Source: a virus (lineage: Duplodnaviria > Caudoviricetes). Taken from it: 35,747 bases of DNA. The notes below the pieces were generated by a model. That model worked only from the letters and a program-made list of their open reading frames with translations. It was not told where the DNA came from and did no database searches. The DNA is taken from positions 1 through 35,747 of IMG/VR virus record IMGVR_UViG_3300037634_003749, one strand, 5' to 3'. Position numbers and translations under genes: made by a program. Shown here piece after piece: positions 25,791-35,719 of this stretch (position 1 is its first letter; each line of letters starts with the position of its first letter).

Positions 25791-26646
25791 AAAAAAACGC
25801 CGCAGTTAGCGGCATACCCACCTTCCCGAGATGCCCGCACTCCTCACACTCGAACTCAAACGTAAGATCAAGATCCGGGGTAAGATCGTCGTAAATGTTC
25901 CGGAGCTTTCGTGACATCATGGCGGGAATTTCATTAGCAAACTTCTTAATGAGATTGCGGTCTGTAATATCGTTAACGCTAACGATAATCGCCTCAAGTT
26001 GGTCAGTAATCATCGCATCGGGGAGCTTACGCTTCTTGCGCGTCTCTCGGCGACCGGCAACGAGTTTTTCGTCTGAGCCTTTAAGAAGTTTAACTTCTAC
26101 TCTTAGATTAAACTCTTCAAAAGAAATAATATAATTTCCATTTTCGCCTTCTGTAACATTATCCGGCAGGTCGACGGATTCTTTGGTAGTCAACTCATCA
26201 AGATTGAGGCTCTCGTCGGTAGTAACGCTGCAGCCCGGGCACGTAAGTTGCGTTTCATAAAACGGGCCATAGCCTGTCTTGCGTGCTGCGATCAATAATG
26301 CGTTCTTGTCGCCAATAAGCAGATCATTAACTTTAATTTCTTTATTGACGATGACTGACTGCAATAGCCTGTCAAGTGCGAGGCCCTTTTTAAGGAGTGC
26401 TTCCGAAGTAAGGATATCCTCCTCCTTGGCGGTCATGTGTCGGATCTCGATTGTGTCCACACCGGACAGAGGATGGGTTTCGGGGTAGTGCTCTCCACCG
26501 CTGGGGAGTTCTACAAATTCTGTGGGGGTGACAAAGGAAAAGATGCTATCTTCACTGCTTCCTTTTGTCATTAACGGAGCTGGGGGGTTTTCATCACTCG
26601 GGGGCTCATGCGTGAGCCCGGAGCGATTAGAGTTTTTTCTTGCCAT
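25777..26646 (-). CDS. Tail/baseplate hub assembly chaperone (T4 gp26/gp51-like)
   Basis: VELPSGG..YP, IRHMTAKEEDIL, DLLIGDKNALLIAAR..GYG, two CxxC motifs, ends FFWP; follows the tube gene. Confidence 0.8.
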   Translation of the reverse strand: MARKNSNRSGLTHEPPSDENPPAPLMTKGSSEDSIFSFVTPTEFVELPSGGEHYPETHPLSGVDTIEIRHMTAKEEDILTSEALLKKGLALDRLLQSVIVNKEIKVNDLLIGDKNALLIAARKTGYGPFYETQLTCPGCSVTTDESLNLDELTTKESVDLPDNVTEGENGNYIISFEEFNLRVEVKLLKGSDEKLVAGRRETRKKRKLPDAMITDQLEAIIVSVNDITDRNLIKKFANEIPAMMSRKLRNIYDDLTPDLDLTFEFECEECGHLGKVGMPLTAAFFWPNK

Positions 26647-26663
26647 TCGGCACCTTCTTTCTT

Positions 26664-26672
26664 ATAAGTAAG
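26664..26672 (-). promoter_or_regulatory. Late-promoter-like motif variant CTTACTTAT
   Basis: Intergenic between tube and chaperone genes. Confidence 0.5.
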
Positions 26673-26684
26673 CCCTAGACTTGG

Positions 26685-27242
26685 TTAATCAGTGACAACC
26701 GTGAAGGACTCATACGTAGCCCAATCATACTTGAAAGTTAGATCAATGTTAAGTAAATCATCACCAGCATAGTCTAAATCGCCAAATTTAGCATCAAGAA
26801 TAAAGGCATTTTGGAGCTTCCATGTGCCGGCAATGTCGCCGGTACCAGTCAACTCATCGATTTCTACCTGGCCTAACGCAGCCAGTGCGCTGGACTTATT
26901 AACCGTACCAACGTTTCCTTCGATTAAGGCATCCAACTGATCGTCGGGCTTCAAATATCCGGACTTCATCAAGGCATCATAAATGATCTTATTGCCGTCG
27001 GGGCTGAGGGAGTTAACGATACTAGCCGCACAGTCGTTCCATAGAACGCTACCGGGATAGTAGTAAGTGTTGCCGAGAAACTTGTGCTCTGTGCTTGAAA
27101 CCGTAAAAGAAGGCTTCGTAAAAGTCTTGGCCAAGTATTCCTGGTAAGTGTGTTCCTGATCCTCCGAGATCAAGTTCGGTAACCTCAAGATAAATCTATG
27201 TTGTCTTTTCGGTTCTGATAAGGCGCTTGTCCAAAATGGCAT
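26685..27242 (-). CDS. Tail tube protein (gp19-like)
   Basis: EPKRQHRF, KPSF, YYPG..W, W.LQNAFI..AKFGDLDY, LTFKYDWA; follows the sheath gene. Confidence 0.9.
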   Translation of the reverse strand: MPFWTSALSEPKRQHRFILRLPNLISEDQEHTYQEYLAKTFTKPSFTVSSTEHKFLGNTYYYPGSVLWNDCAASIVNSLSPDGNKIIYDALMKSGYLKPDDQLDALIEGNVGTVNKSSALAALGQVEIDELTGTGDIAGTWKLQNAFILDAKFGDLDYAGDDLLNIDLTFKYDWATYESFTVVTD

Positions 27243-27270
27243 TAGTTTAGTTCTCCCACAGTTCTAAATT

Positions 27271-27278
27271 TAAATAGT
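27271..27278 (-). promoter_or_regulatory. Late-promoter-like motif ACTATTTA
   Basis: Intergenic before the tube gene. Confidence 0.65.
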
Positions 27279-27307
27279 CTGGGCTGGCAAAAAAACCTTT
27301 CTGATTA

Positions 27308-30256
27308 TTAATCATCGAAGGCGGCTCCAGTCCGGGTAATGTTGAAATCAATCGCGATATATTCAATGGCGCGAGTTGGCTTCAGGAAGATCTTAGCATA
27401 CAGAATGTTTCTGTCTACCAAGTCTGGTGTAGTAGTGGTGTCATCTAGCACCACCTTGTAGTCAGTGAGCCCAAAGTTGGTCTTAACATCGGCCAGGAAC
27501 GGCTCTACCCGAGAGGTAAAGCGTGCCCAGGTTGTCTTAACATTGGGATCAAACAGGATCGTAGCAGCCATCTGCGAAATTCGCTTCTTCACGAAGATCA
27601 TGAGTCGCCGCACGTTAATGCGGTCGAGTGCAGACGGTGTCACCTGAAGTGTCTTCTGCCCGAAGATCACAATACCTTCCGCCGGGAACTTAGCAATCGG
27701 GTTAATGTTTGCGGCATAGAGATCATCACGATCCTTGCGGCGTAGCTGGTGAGCCACATCAACAACGGGGATTCCAGCTGAGCCCTCAGTGAGGCCTCCG
27801 CGGTTGAATCCAGCTGGAGCAAACCACACCTGTGTCTTGCGCTGCGAACTTGAGAAAGTTCCAATTGCTGCGACAGAAGGCGGCATCCACAAGAGCTGGC
27901 CTCCAATGGTGTCCCTGGCTCGCACCCACGGATAGAAAGTACAACCGTAAGAGGTATTAAGTCCTCGGGAGCGAAGATTGGCAATGGCTTGCGTAATAGT
28001 GCTGGCGCTGTTGTTTCGAGCGCTTACTTTCGCCTCTGCTCGGGGCTGGAAGCCATCCGGCAAATCGATAACAGCGAGGGCATCAGCCCGGTCCTCACAA
28101 ATACGAATCATATTAGTGGTGAGGGCCTCGTTGGTGACACCTGGGGCCGAGAGAAGATTCATCTCGGTCATCTCAGGATCGGCAACACTGTCCGCTGCTC
28201 GTCGAATCGAGTTGAACTGGTAACTGTTCCGATCATTGATGCTCGAAATGCCTGACATAATGCTGTTACGGAACGGGTCCATCTCATCGATGTTGAGGCC
28301 GTCGAAGCCACCATAGAGGGGCACAGTAAAGCGGTCATATCCCGCATCCAAAACACCACTAATGGCACCAGAAACGGCTGTGTAGGACGTTGTGCCGCCT
28401 GCCACCGGGCCTGAGCCCGACGTCCAAGTTGCAATACCCCCCACGCCGTCGCCGACGAGGTCGTCCAGAGTGAAAAGGACGGCCATTTCGGTTGTGCCGG
28501 TTAGAGCGGCGAACATGTTCGAGACGATTCCGCCTCGTGGCCGCAGTGTATCAATGGTAGATTGAGCAAACACAGTGCCTCCGGCTGTTCGAGTCGTCTG
28601 GAGGCCAAAGTATGCATCAGTAAACGTTGAAAGTGCGCCTTCAGAAGAGTTGGCGCGCAGCTCAGGTGCTGGATAGTAAACCGAAGCGCTGATGACCGAT
28701 CCACTGATGACAAAAGCACTTCCCGTAGTGGCGGAAGCTAGGGCCGGGTGGCCTGTCGTGACACTGCCGGTTGCCCAGTTGCCAACCGCCGTCTTGGGCC
28801 CAGCTGGTGGGGCGCCCATGGAACTATCACCCTGAACGGCGGGGCCGTCGGTCGAAGTTATAAGAAGGCTTGCTCCTGTTTCGTCTTTCCATTTAACGTT
28901 GCCTTGATATCCAAAAGGAAGATACATAGCATTTAAGAGGCCACCTTCGATATCGGGGTTAATCTCTACGCGGATGAACTCGGAGCGGTTATCATAGTTT
29001 CCAACTTCTTGGTAAATACGATCATCTTCGCGCCAGGACAAATACTTGTCGCCAATCTTGCGCGCTACATAATTCAAGGACTCCGGATTAAGGTCACACT
29101 CAGTGAACTGCTCAACGACCTGGACTACGTTGTCCGAATCAGACAGTCGACGGACCAGGACCGTAAAAGTACCATAATCGCTTGACTCATTGGTGGACTG
29201 CCGAATGTCCTGAATAGAAATCTTCAGGTTTCGGGAGGACCAATCGCCGGCTTCCCCAAGGGCATGAAACTTCATCAAGTAAGGCTGTCGCTGGTCGCCA
29301 ATATCGCAACCTACAACCCAGCCTGTTTGAGCGTTTTGCACACTGGCATTAAAGTTCGACCCGGACGCGTTCGACCCAGTGGAAAAAAGTTCGGTTACAG
29401 CTGCGTAAGTTACGCCGTCTGCGGGCTGAACGTTCTGCTTCATGAAGCGATCGAACGTTTCTCCGAGGAAATAGTTTAGCTGATTCGCAGAGTCTGTGAT
29501 GCCGTCGTTGAGTAGTTCCGGGTTAGTGTTAAAAACTTTTCGGATATACTTCGAACTGTTGCGATTAAAGTTAAAAGAGGCCGTCATGGGTGTGCTATCG
29601 GTGTCCGAATTGGTGATGATTAACTTGTACTGATAGTTATTGCTACCGTCGTTCTTGACGAGAAGGTTCTGGTAACCGCCCGCCGGAAGCGCGTGCAAGT
29701 CTGGCCTTGAGGAAATCATGATGGGACTGCCGGCCGATGAAGACTGCTCAGCAATGAAACTACCTGTGAGTCCAATGCGTGCGTCGTCGTTAACGTAGAA
29801 AATGGCGCCCAAGGAGCCTGTGACAGAGCCAGAGGTGGTAGTGGCACCAGAGCCGGACTCGAACACAAAAAGACCATAGGCCTTCGTCTGAGTCCAACCT
29901 GCGAGACCCTCACCCGTCGCGGTGCCCTCAGTTGTCTGAGCACCGAGAAGGCGGATAAAGGTTAAGGGAGAACTGTTGCGAAGATACGCCTGCGCACCAT
30001 AAGCTCCATAAGTGGGGGCCTGGAGGCTGGCACCGTCACGCCATACATCATTTCCGGTTTGACCCGGGGAGGGATTACCGAAAATCTGTACAAACTCTGA
30101 AAACGAGTTGACGGTGGTGGGTCGAAGGGCTGGGCCCTTCTCGGCGCGGCCGATAATGACGGGGCCGATTCCTGCCGGCGACGCCGGAAGTTGGGAGTTA
30201 TCAATCTCGTTGATAAAAACCCCGGGTGATACAAATCTGTAGTTTTTAACTGACAT
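27308..30256 (-). CDS. Contractile tail sheath protein (gp18-like)
   Basis: SPGVFINEIDNS, GRAEKGP, YPWV, MPPS, WFAPAGFNRG, INPI, FGQKTL, DRINVRRL, IFLKPTRAIEYI. Confidence 0.97.
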   Translation of the reverse strand: MSVKNYRFVSPGVFINEIDNSQLPASPAGIGPVIIGRAEKGPALRPTTVNSFSEFVQIFGNPSPGQTGNDVWRDGASLQAPTYGAYGAQAYLRNSSPLTFIRLLGAQTTEGTATGEGLAGWTQTKAYGLFVFESGSGATTTSGSVTGSLGAIFYVNDDARIGLTGSFIAEQSSSAGSPIMISSRPDLHALPAGGYQNLLVKNDGSNNYQYKLIITNSDTDSTPMTASFNFNRNSSKYIRKVFNTNPELLNDGITDSANQLNYFLGETFDRFMKQNVQPADGVTYAAVTELFSTGSNASGSNFNASVQNAQTGWVVGCDIGDQRQPYLMKFHALGEAGDWSSRNLKISIQDIRQSTNESSDYGTFTVLVRRLSDSDNVVQVVEQFTECDLNPESLNYVARKIGDKYLSWREDDRIYQEVGNYDNRSEFIRVEINPDIEGGLLNAMYLPFGYQGNVKWKDETGASLLITSTDGPAVQGDSSMGAPPAGPKTAVGNWATGSVTTGHPALASATTGSAFVISGSVISASVYYPAPELRANSSEGALSTFTDAYFGLQTTRTAGGTVFAQSTIDTLRPRGGIVSNMFAALTGTTEMAVLFTLDDLVGDGVGGIATWTSGSGPVAGGTTSYTAVSGAISGVLDAGYDRFTVPLYGGFDGLNIDEMDPFRNSIMSGISSINDRNSYQFNSIRRAADSVADPEMTEMNLLSAPGVTNEALTTNMIRICEDRADALAVIDLPDGFQPRAEAKVSARNNSASTITQAIANLRSRGLNTSYGCTFYPWVRARDTIGGQLLWMPPSVAAIGTFSSSQRKTQVWFAPAGFNRGGLTEGSAGIPVVDVAHQLRRKDRDDLYAANINPIAKFPAEGIVIFGQKTLQVTPSALDRINVRRLMIFVKKRISQMAATILFDPNVKTTWARFTSRVEPFLADVKTNFGLTDYKVVLDDTTTTPDLVDRNILYAKIFLKPTRAIEYIAIDFNITRTGAAFDD

Positions 30257-30294
30257 TCGCTACGATCTCCTAATAACAGTAGAACTTTCAGAAG

Positions 30295-30302
30295 TAAATA
30301 GT
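30295..30302 (-). promoter_or_regulatory. Late-promoter-like motif ACTATTTA
   Basis: Intergenic before the sheath gene. Confidence 0.65.
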
Positions 30303-30322
30303 CTTAATCCGGTCCAATAGTA

Positions 30323-31267
30323 TTATTCTCTATAAAATCCGTCTTTTATGTTATCCGGGATATCCCCAAAGATAGTTCTTTCGCGGGAAAACTTATATTC
30401 AACAGCGTTTTCGCGCTTTATGATTTTGGGCTTTTCCTGGTTTTCGCCCTCTCCGATCAAATATCCCAAAACGTCGATGCTGATGGTGTGCTCATAGTTG
30501 CGGCGGTCCATTCCCAGCGAGGCCTTGTTGGATCCATCGGCGAAGTTGCCATCTATAAAAGTCTCATAATAATGATTCTCGTCATGAATCATTTTGGGCA
30601 TCCGAGAGTTGCCTGGTATAGTAATAAAGGGCTGCAGTAGTTCGTTTATCTGCTGCTGGTACTCGGTTCGCAAACTTACTTCATATTTCACAGTGACCCA
30701 CGTGGGGATTGGAATTGTAATGGTTTGATATACCGTGCGCTGGGTCGACATATTTCTTTTATTGGTGTTAGCATTTTTAGATGTTATGTTATTGTCCGGG
30801 CCGAGCTTACGTTTCGAGAAGGCATTTTGAAACTCGGCCGTCTTTTTCTGATTAATTCTGCGGGCTATAGTAATGACACCGCCCTTCTCGTCTTGCACGG
30901 GATACAAATTAGCATAAATGGAGCCGCGATTGCCGGGCTCTTTCACCACGCTGGATCGGTTTACGCTAATGAGCGGTAACTTTAGGATCTCGTCCTGGCC
31001 GCGTAGATCTTTGTTGTGTTTTATTTGATAAGCGCGTTCAGCCGAGACCCACAGCACGGGCACCTTTTTAAAACCTTCATTGGTCGTGACGGAAAGATTA
31101 AGTTCCTCATCGATAAACTTAAGCATCGCTCCGTCGATCGTCTCTAACGTAGAGGGAGCAAACTCTATCTCGTGCAGCTTGTCTGCTACGTTGGCATCGC
31201 CCACATAATCGTTTTTTGTCGCCTCTTTGTCTTCAATCTCGGCTTGGGTGCGCTTGCTTCTCGACAT
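30323..31267 (-). CDS. Tail terminator / sheath stabilizer (gp15-like)
   Basis: KVPVLW..AERA, LKLPLIS..R, IPIPTWVTVKYEVSLRTEYQQQINELL; lies between neck and sheath genes. Confidence 0.7.
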   Translation of the reverse strand: MSRSKRTQAEIEDKEATKNDYVGDANVADKLHEIEFAPSTLETIDGAMLKFIDEELNLSVTTNEGFKKVPVLWVSAERAYQIKHNKDLRGQDEILKLPLISVNRSSVVKEPGNRGSIYANLYPVQDEKGGVITIARRINQKKTAEFQNAFSKRKLGPDNNITSKNANTNKRNMSTQRTVYQTITIPIPTWVTVKYEVSLRTEYQQQINELLQPFITIPGNSRMPKMIHDENHYYETFIDGNFADGSNKASLGMDRRNYEHTISIDVLGYLIGEGENQEKPKIIKRENAVEYKFSRERTIFGDIPDNIKDGFYRE

Positions 31268-31272
31268 TAGCC

Positions 31273-32541
31273 TTACCCTACAAAAATGCCGGCAGGAATA
31301 TTTTGAAGCACCTTGGCGGTAGAATCTTGGAGGCCCGAATCAACAGTGGCCATTTCTGCATAAGTAATCTGATCAAGCAGGGCTTTCAACTCATCCCGCA
31401 GCTGGTCTTGCTCAGCCTTAGCTTGCCCTAACAGCTCAGCAGCGTTTAATGTAATGCTCTCACCTGGGATTGGTACAGTAGCAAACTTGCCGCGGACCTG
31501 GCCAAGAACCTCTTTTGTCAAAGCTAGGGCAAAGCGACGGATCCACTGCTTTCCAATTGAGTTAATTTTATTATAAGGAATATTATTGAATGGCAACTGA
31601 TTCATGTTATTGATTCCATTAATACCTGAGCGGGGCTGTCCAGTACCCTCTTCCCATGGTGCAAATTGGTTCTCAATAGAGAACTGGACCCAGAACTTCT
31701 TCGGACCAGTGCTATCCGGCTGCGGGAAAAGTCGCAACATGTTGTTTTTTATTTCATAAGAATAGTGGGAGATACGCGTATAGATGGCGTCCTCATAGGC
31801 CATCGCCTGAAGTTTATTCTGCCACGTGGGCACCACTTCAAATGTGGAGTCGTCGGCGTATTGGCCGTAGGTGCGTAGATTGCCCACGACAGAAAATCCA
31901 CCATAGTAACCATAAAAGCGCCACATGGCGCGGGGAGTTCGGAAATATACCTTACGAATGATAACACGCTTGTCGATGACTTCATCGAAATAGGGCACAG
32001 TGTTGTCCGTAGCAGCCGAAGAAGAAATGATATTCTGTAAATCATAGTCTTGCTGGCCTGCGGTGGGAGCGAAAGATGCGGAATAGATAGGAAGCGTACC
32101 TCCTATATTGGTTTCTGTGGCAGATCGTTCGGAAACGCGGCGAGCAAAACCATAATCAAAACGAGGATAAGTTAGCTCAATGTCCGAGCCGGATAAGGCA
32201 TGGCCTGCAATTATCTGTCCGTCCTGATCGAAAGAGGCAGTCGGGGCGCCCAGCATATCAGACAATACATTTTTTGATTGATGCAGGTTAACTAAGTAAG
32301 AATATTCCAATACAGCCTCTTCATAGGCTGAGTATACACTTCCTTCGGCAAGTTCAATATCTAAAACATCGCCCCCGAGCTTTTTATAAGTATAGGCCAC
32401 CTGGTCGGCTGCACCTGAGAAGAATGCTACCGACTCATATATCCCAAAAGGGAGCGTGGCCGCAACATTGTCGGCATTCCCGGTAACTGGGAGAATGTTC
32501 GCATTAAAGGTGGATGCGGGGTTAAGATTAGGTATTGCCAT
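31273..32541 (-). CDS. Neck / head-tail adaptor protein (gp13-like)
   Basis: KLGGDVLDIEL, LRLFP, WIRRFALALTKEVLGQVRGKF..IPG..TLNA.EL. Confidence 0.85.
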   Translation of the reverse strand: MAIPNLNPASTFNANILPVTGNADNVAATLPFGIYESVAFFSGAADQVAYTYKKLGGDVLDIELAEGSVYSAYEEAVLEYSYLVNLHQSKNVLSDMLGAPTASFDQDGQIIAGHALSGSDIELTYPRFDYGFARRVSERSATETNIGGTLPIYSASFAPTAGQQDYDLQNIISSSAATDNTVPYFDEVIDKRVIIRKVYFRTPRAMWRFYGYYGGFSVVGNLRTYGQYADDSTFEVVPTWQNKLQAMAYEDAIYTRISHYSYEIKNNMLRLFPQPDSTGPKKFWVQFSIENQFAPWEEGTGQPRSGINGINNMNQLPFNNIPYNKINSIGKQWIRRFALALTKEVLGQVRGKFATVPIPGESITLNAAELLGQAKAEQDQLRDELKALLDQITYAEMATVDSGLQDSTAKVLQNIPAGIFVG

Positions 32542-32566
32542 GTATGGTCCTCTCTTGCTCTAATAC

Positions 32567-32573
32567 TAAATAG
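32567..32573 (-). promoter_or_regulatory. Late-promoter-like motif CTATTTA overlapping the terminator tail
   Basis: Upstream of the neck gene SD GAGG. Confidence 0.55.
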
Positions 32574-32604
32574 AAAGCCCCGCCTCAAAAGAGACGGGGC
32601 TTTC
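32573..32604 (-). terminator. Strong hairpin terminator after the major capsid gene
   Basis: GAAAGCCCCGTCTC-TTTT-GAGGCGGGGCTTTC followed by TATTT; a second small hairpin at 32610-32626. Confidence 0.8.
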
Positions 32605-32631
32605 ACTATTTTGACCTTAAGTCAAATATGG

Positions 32632-34575
32632 CTAGACTAAGTCTTCTACAACAACCAGTCCATACATATCCGGACGCACCATCTTCTTGGCGTATCGAGT
32701 CATGACTCCCTTACGGGGCACGAAGTCTTCAACACCGAAGATCGTAGGTGTGGTCTGCAGCGGCACATAAGGTGCATACACATAGCCACTCTCAAGGAAG
32801 CTACTTCCGCGTCGGCCAACGAGGACCAAGTTACGCGGGAAGTAAGGATCGACGATGACGTCGAACTTCTTCGAAAGGGAACCAACCTTAACAGCACCCG
32901 CGTCACCGCGGTCGCTATCAGCACTCACATTGGCACGGAAGCCGGCCGTGAACTCAAGCAGATTGGCAATTTCAGGTCCGCAAACCACGAAGTTAGCCGC
33001 ACCACGAAGAGTCTTACGGTGGATCTGAGCCGACACATCATTGATGGTCTCAATGAGAGTCTCATACCATTCGCTCACGTTACCCGTGAAGTCAGGCGGA
33101 GAAGCCGCATTGGACGCATCCAGGCCAGTCTCGCGATTAACGAACTTGCCGGGGAGACGCGACCAGTAACGAACACCAGCCGTAGAGCCTCGAACGAGGT
33201 CTTCCACGATCTCACGATCGATTTCAAGTGCAACCTGCTCAGACAGAATCTGAGTAAGCTCGACTTCGGCGTCAAGGTTGTGGTAGGCGTTAAGATCTTG
33301 TCCTAACTCCGGGGTCCACTTGGCCTTGAGCTTCTTGGTGACCGCCGTGACGGACACACTGTCGACCTTGATGTCGATCTCAGGAATGTTCGGATTGTTC
33401 TCAAGTCCCCAGTTGGGAGCACCAACAAGAGCACCAAGAGCATTCGCACTACCACCCTGAGCAGCGTCAAAGTTGTCCTTCATCGGGTAGGACCAGGACC
33501 AACCGTCGACGCCAGCAATGCTAGCAACACCGCCGGTGAGCTGAGCAAGAGCGCCGGTGAGGGTACAGGGACTTGGCACCAGCCATGTCATCAAAAGATT
33601 GTCGGAATCGATGTCTCCGATTCGTCCATTCAAGGAAGCCGAGCTATACATCGTCAGGCGACGCTGCAGTCGGATATTTGTGTTGATCGCGGACTGGGAG
33701 ACAAAGATGCCGCCAAAGGCTCCGCCTAGGCCACCAGCGGTGTTGCCGTTGGTACCCGAAACCTGAATGGCAACGAGGTCCTGCAGATTGAATGCAGATG
33801 CATCCGCCGTAAAGTTGGCAATCGGAATCTCAGTAACGATGACCAGGGAGCCGGAGATATCCGGGTCGAACCCGGTCATTTCACCTAAAGTAGCCGAGTT
33901 AGCGCCGAACGTTTTGCCGCCGGCCTCGCCGGCAGCGTTTCCGGTCAGGTTGTTGTCTGTCCCAGCTGTACCGGTCACAATCATTACAAGTGAGTTCCCA
34001 GTACCGTTGGGCGAAACGCCCGGGACGCCGGGGTTAACCATGACGACGGAACCAGTCGGAGACGAGTAACCATTGTTGAGTGCGTATGGGCCGCGTTCGG
34101 CATCTGAGAAGCCGTCGCCGACCTTACCGAGGCTTACGCCACCGGTGATCTGCGCACCAACCACTCCACCGCCGTAGAGCGAAGAACCGGTGGGATATCC
34201 CAATCGGCCCAGAGCTGTTCCACCGTCTCCAACCGTCTGTGAGATGGTGAAGTCGAGGAAGAAGATGAGGCCCGAGGGCAAACTCATCGGCTGAACGCTA
34301 ACGAGATCGTTGGCGATCAGCGCGCCGAAGACTCGGCGAACGAGGGGGAATGCGACAGCCGCAAAACCCTCAACGTCTCCACCACTCATGGTGGAAGACT
34401 CACGGAGAAGCTCTTTTGCCTGGTTCTCAAGCAATCGGGCCATACCGTTCCGAAGTGTGTCATCGCCTAAACCCTCAAGAAGTCCAGTGGACTCCCACTT
34501 ACGGATAAGGGCGTCGCCCTCAGCAGCAAGATCGCGGTTAACGATACCTTCGGTTAATTTCTGTACAATAGACAT
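32632..34575 (-). CDS. Major capsid protein (T4 gp23-like)
   Basis: KWESTGLLEGL, FPLVRRVF, VSVQPMSLPSGLIF, KKLKAKWTPELGQDLNAYH.LDAE.EL, LEIDREI, YAPYVPL, PRKGVMTRY. Confidence 0.97.
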   Translation of the reverse strand: MSIVQKLTEGIVNRDLAAEGDALIRKWESTGLLEGLGDDTLRNGMARLLENQAKELLRESSTMSGGDVEGFAAVAFPLVRRVFGALIANDLVSVQPMSLPSGLIFFLDFTISQTVGDGGTALGRLGYPTGSSLYGGGVVGAQITGGVSLGKVGDGFSDAERGPYALNNGYSSPTGSVVMVNPGVPGVSPNGTGNSLVMIVTGTAGTDNNLTGNAAGEAGGKTFGANSATLGEMTGFDPDISGSLVIVTEIPIANFTADASAFNLQDLVAIQVSGTNGNTAGGLGGAFGGIFVSQSAINTNIRLQRRLTMYSSASLNGRIGDIDSDNLLMTWLVPSPCTLTGALAQLTGGVASIAGVDGWSWSYPMKDNFDAAQGGSANALGALVGAPNWGLENNPNIPEIDIKVDSVSVTAVTKKLKAKWTPELGQDLNAYHNLDAEVELTQILSEQVALEIDREIVEDLVRGSTAGVRYWSRLPGKFVNRETGLDASNAASPPDFTGNVSEWYETLIETINDVSAQIHRKTLRGAANFVVCGPEIANLLEFTAGFRANVSADSDRGDAGAVKVGSLSKKFDVIVDPYFPRNLVLVGRRGSSFLESGYVYAPYVPLQTTPTIFGVEDFVPRKGVMTRYAKKMVRPDMYGLVVVEDLV

Positions 34576-34606
34576 TTTATAACCTCCTATAATTTGTTGT
34601 TGAATG

Positions 34607-35686
34607 TCATTTATTCAAACCTGCTAAACGCAGCATTCGACCCATTGCTGGATCTTTTGTTACCGTGTTGTCTCTCTTTGCGTTGATCAAAAGCGACGTA
34701 GGTCTCTGAACCACTTCACGAAGTGTTTGGGGGCGTGTTCGGGGATCAGCCGTACCCCCCACTGCGTTTTGAATTGTTTCATAGATCATACTGGCTTCTT
34801 CAACCGAATGGGCAGATTGAACAGCTTCGACAATTTGATTTTTTTGTCGCTCATTCAAGGAGGCGCTGCTTAGTGCCTTGTTTTGATAAACAAGCTTGGC
34901 GTTGTCGAGGTTCAACTTTGTAAGCTGTTCCTTCGACATCATTAAGAGGGCACGAAGCTCTCTATTTGATTCTTTAAGTTGGGATGTCCGGGCCTCATAA
35001 AGTTCCGCGTCGGATACAACGTCGGGGGCCGTTTCAACTTCCTCTTCAATTTCCTCTTCTTCGAGGTGGGCGTCCTGGGCGGCGCCCATGGCGTCGTTAT
35101 TGGCCTGCTCAATACTGCTATCAGCAGAGTTGATGGATGACCATCCCTGGGGGCGTGGAGTCATATCCACAACGAGTTCTTCCACGAGGTCGGCAATCAT
35201 TTCTTCGGTAAGGTCAATGTCCACATCGTCGTCATGAACAGAATCGATCGATGCAACATCTTCTTTCGCATCATTATCTAAATCAGTGTCCGTAATGTAG
35301 CCGTCCTCTTGAAGAGCATCGGCCATACCTAGAGCATCTGTGAGATCGTCGCCGGTTGCCTCAGCACCTTCGGCCTCTTCTTCTTCAATGCGAGTCTTAA
35401 GGGCGTCAAAATCAATTTCAATTAATTCATCTGCCGGGGGCGCGTCTATATCTTCGTTTTGGAAAGAGTAGGGAACTTCATCTAGAAATGAGGCATCCGC
35501 GCTGTCGGCGCTGGGATCCTCTGTCGGGATTCCTCCGAGCCCTAATTCGTCCTGCTCTAAAAGGGTATTAAGTGCACCCTTCACTTCGGCCGAATACTTC
35601 TCTAGTACGGTGTTTTCCGCATTTTTAAGTGCGGCTTCCTTGAGGGCTTTAGCGTCTACAATCGCTTCTTCTAATAGTGAAGACAT
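34607..35686 (-). CDS. Prohead core / scaffold protein (gp22-like)
   Basis: Very acidic with coiled-coil C-terminus (LNLDNAKLVYQNK...RMLRLAGL); directly upstream of MCP. Confidence 0.8.
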   Translation of the reverse strand: MSSLLEEAIVDAKALKEAALKNAENTVLEKYSAEVKGALNTLLEQDELGLGGIPTEDPSADSADASFLDEVPYSFQNEDIDAPPADELIEIDFDALKTRIEEEEAEGAEATGDDLTDALGMADALQEDGYITDTDLDNDAKEDVASIDSVHDDDVDIDLTEEMIADLVEELVVDMTPRPQGWSSINSADSSIEQANNDAMGAAQDAHLEEEEIEEEVETAPDVVSDAELYEARTSQLKESNRELRALLMMSKEQLTKLNLDNAKLVYQNKALSSASLNERQKNQIVEAVQSAHSVEEASMIYETIQNAVGGTADPRTRPQTLREVVQRPTSLLINAKRDNTVTKDPAMGRMLRLAGLNK

Positions 35687-35719
35687 AGAATTAACTCCAA
35701 ATCTGATGACTTATCAAAA

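Noticed and set aside
17697-30256. Sheath-tube-LysM-hub block as an extracellular contractile injection system or tailocin
   Set aside because: It is contiguous with capsid, scaffold, neck and a full replication module, so it is a phage tail.
2458-34923. All plus-strand ORFs and most nested minus-strand ORFs
   Set aside because: They lie antisense or out of frame within well-supported genes, and I recognised no protein motifs in them.
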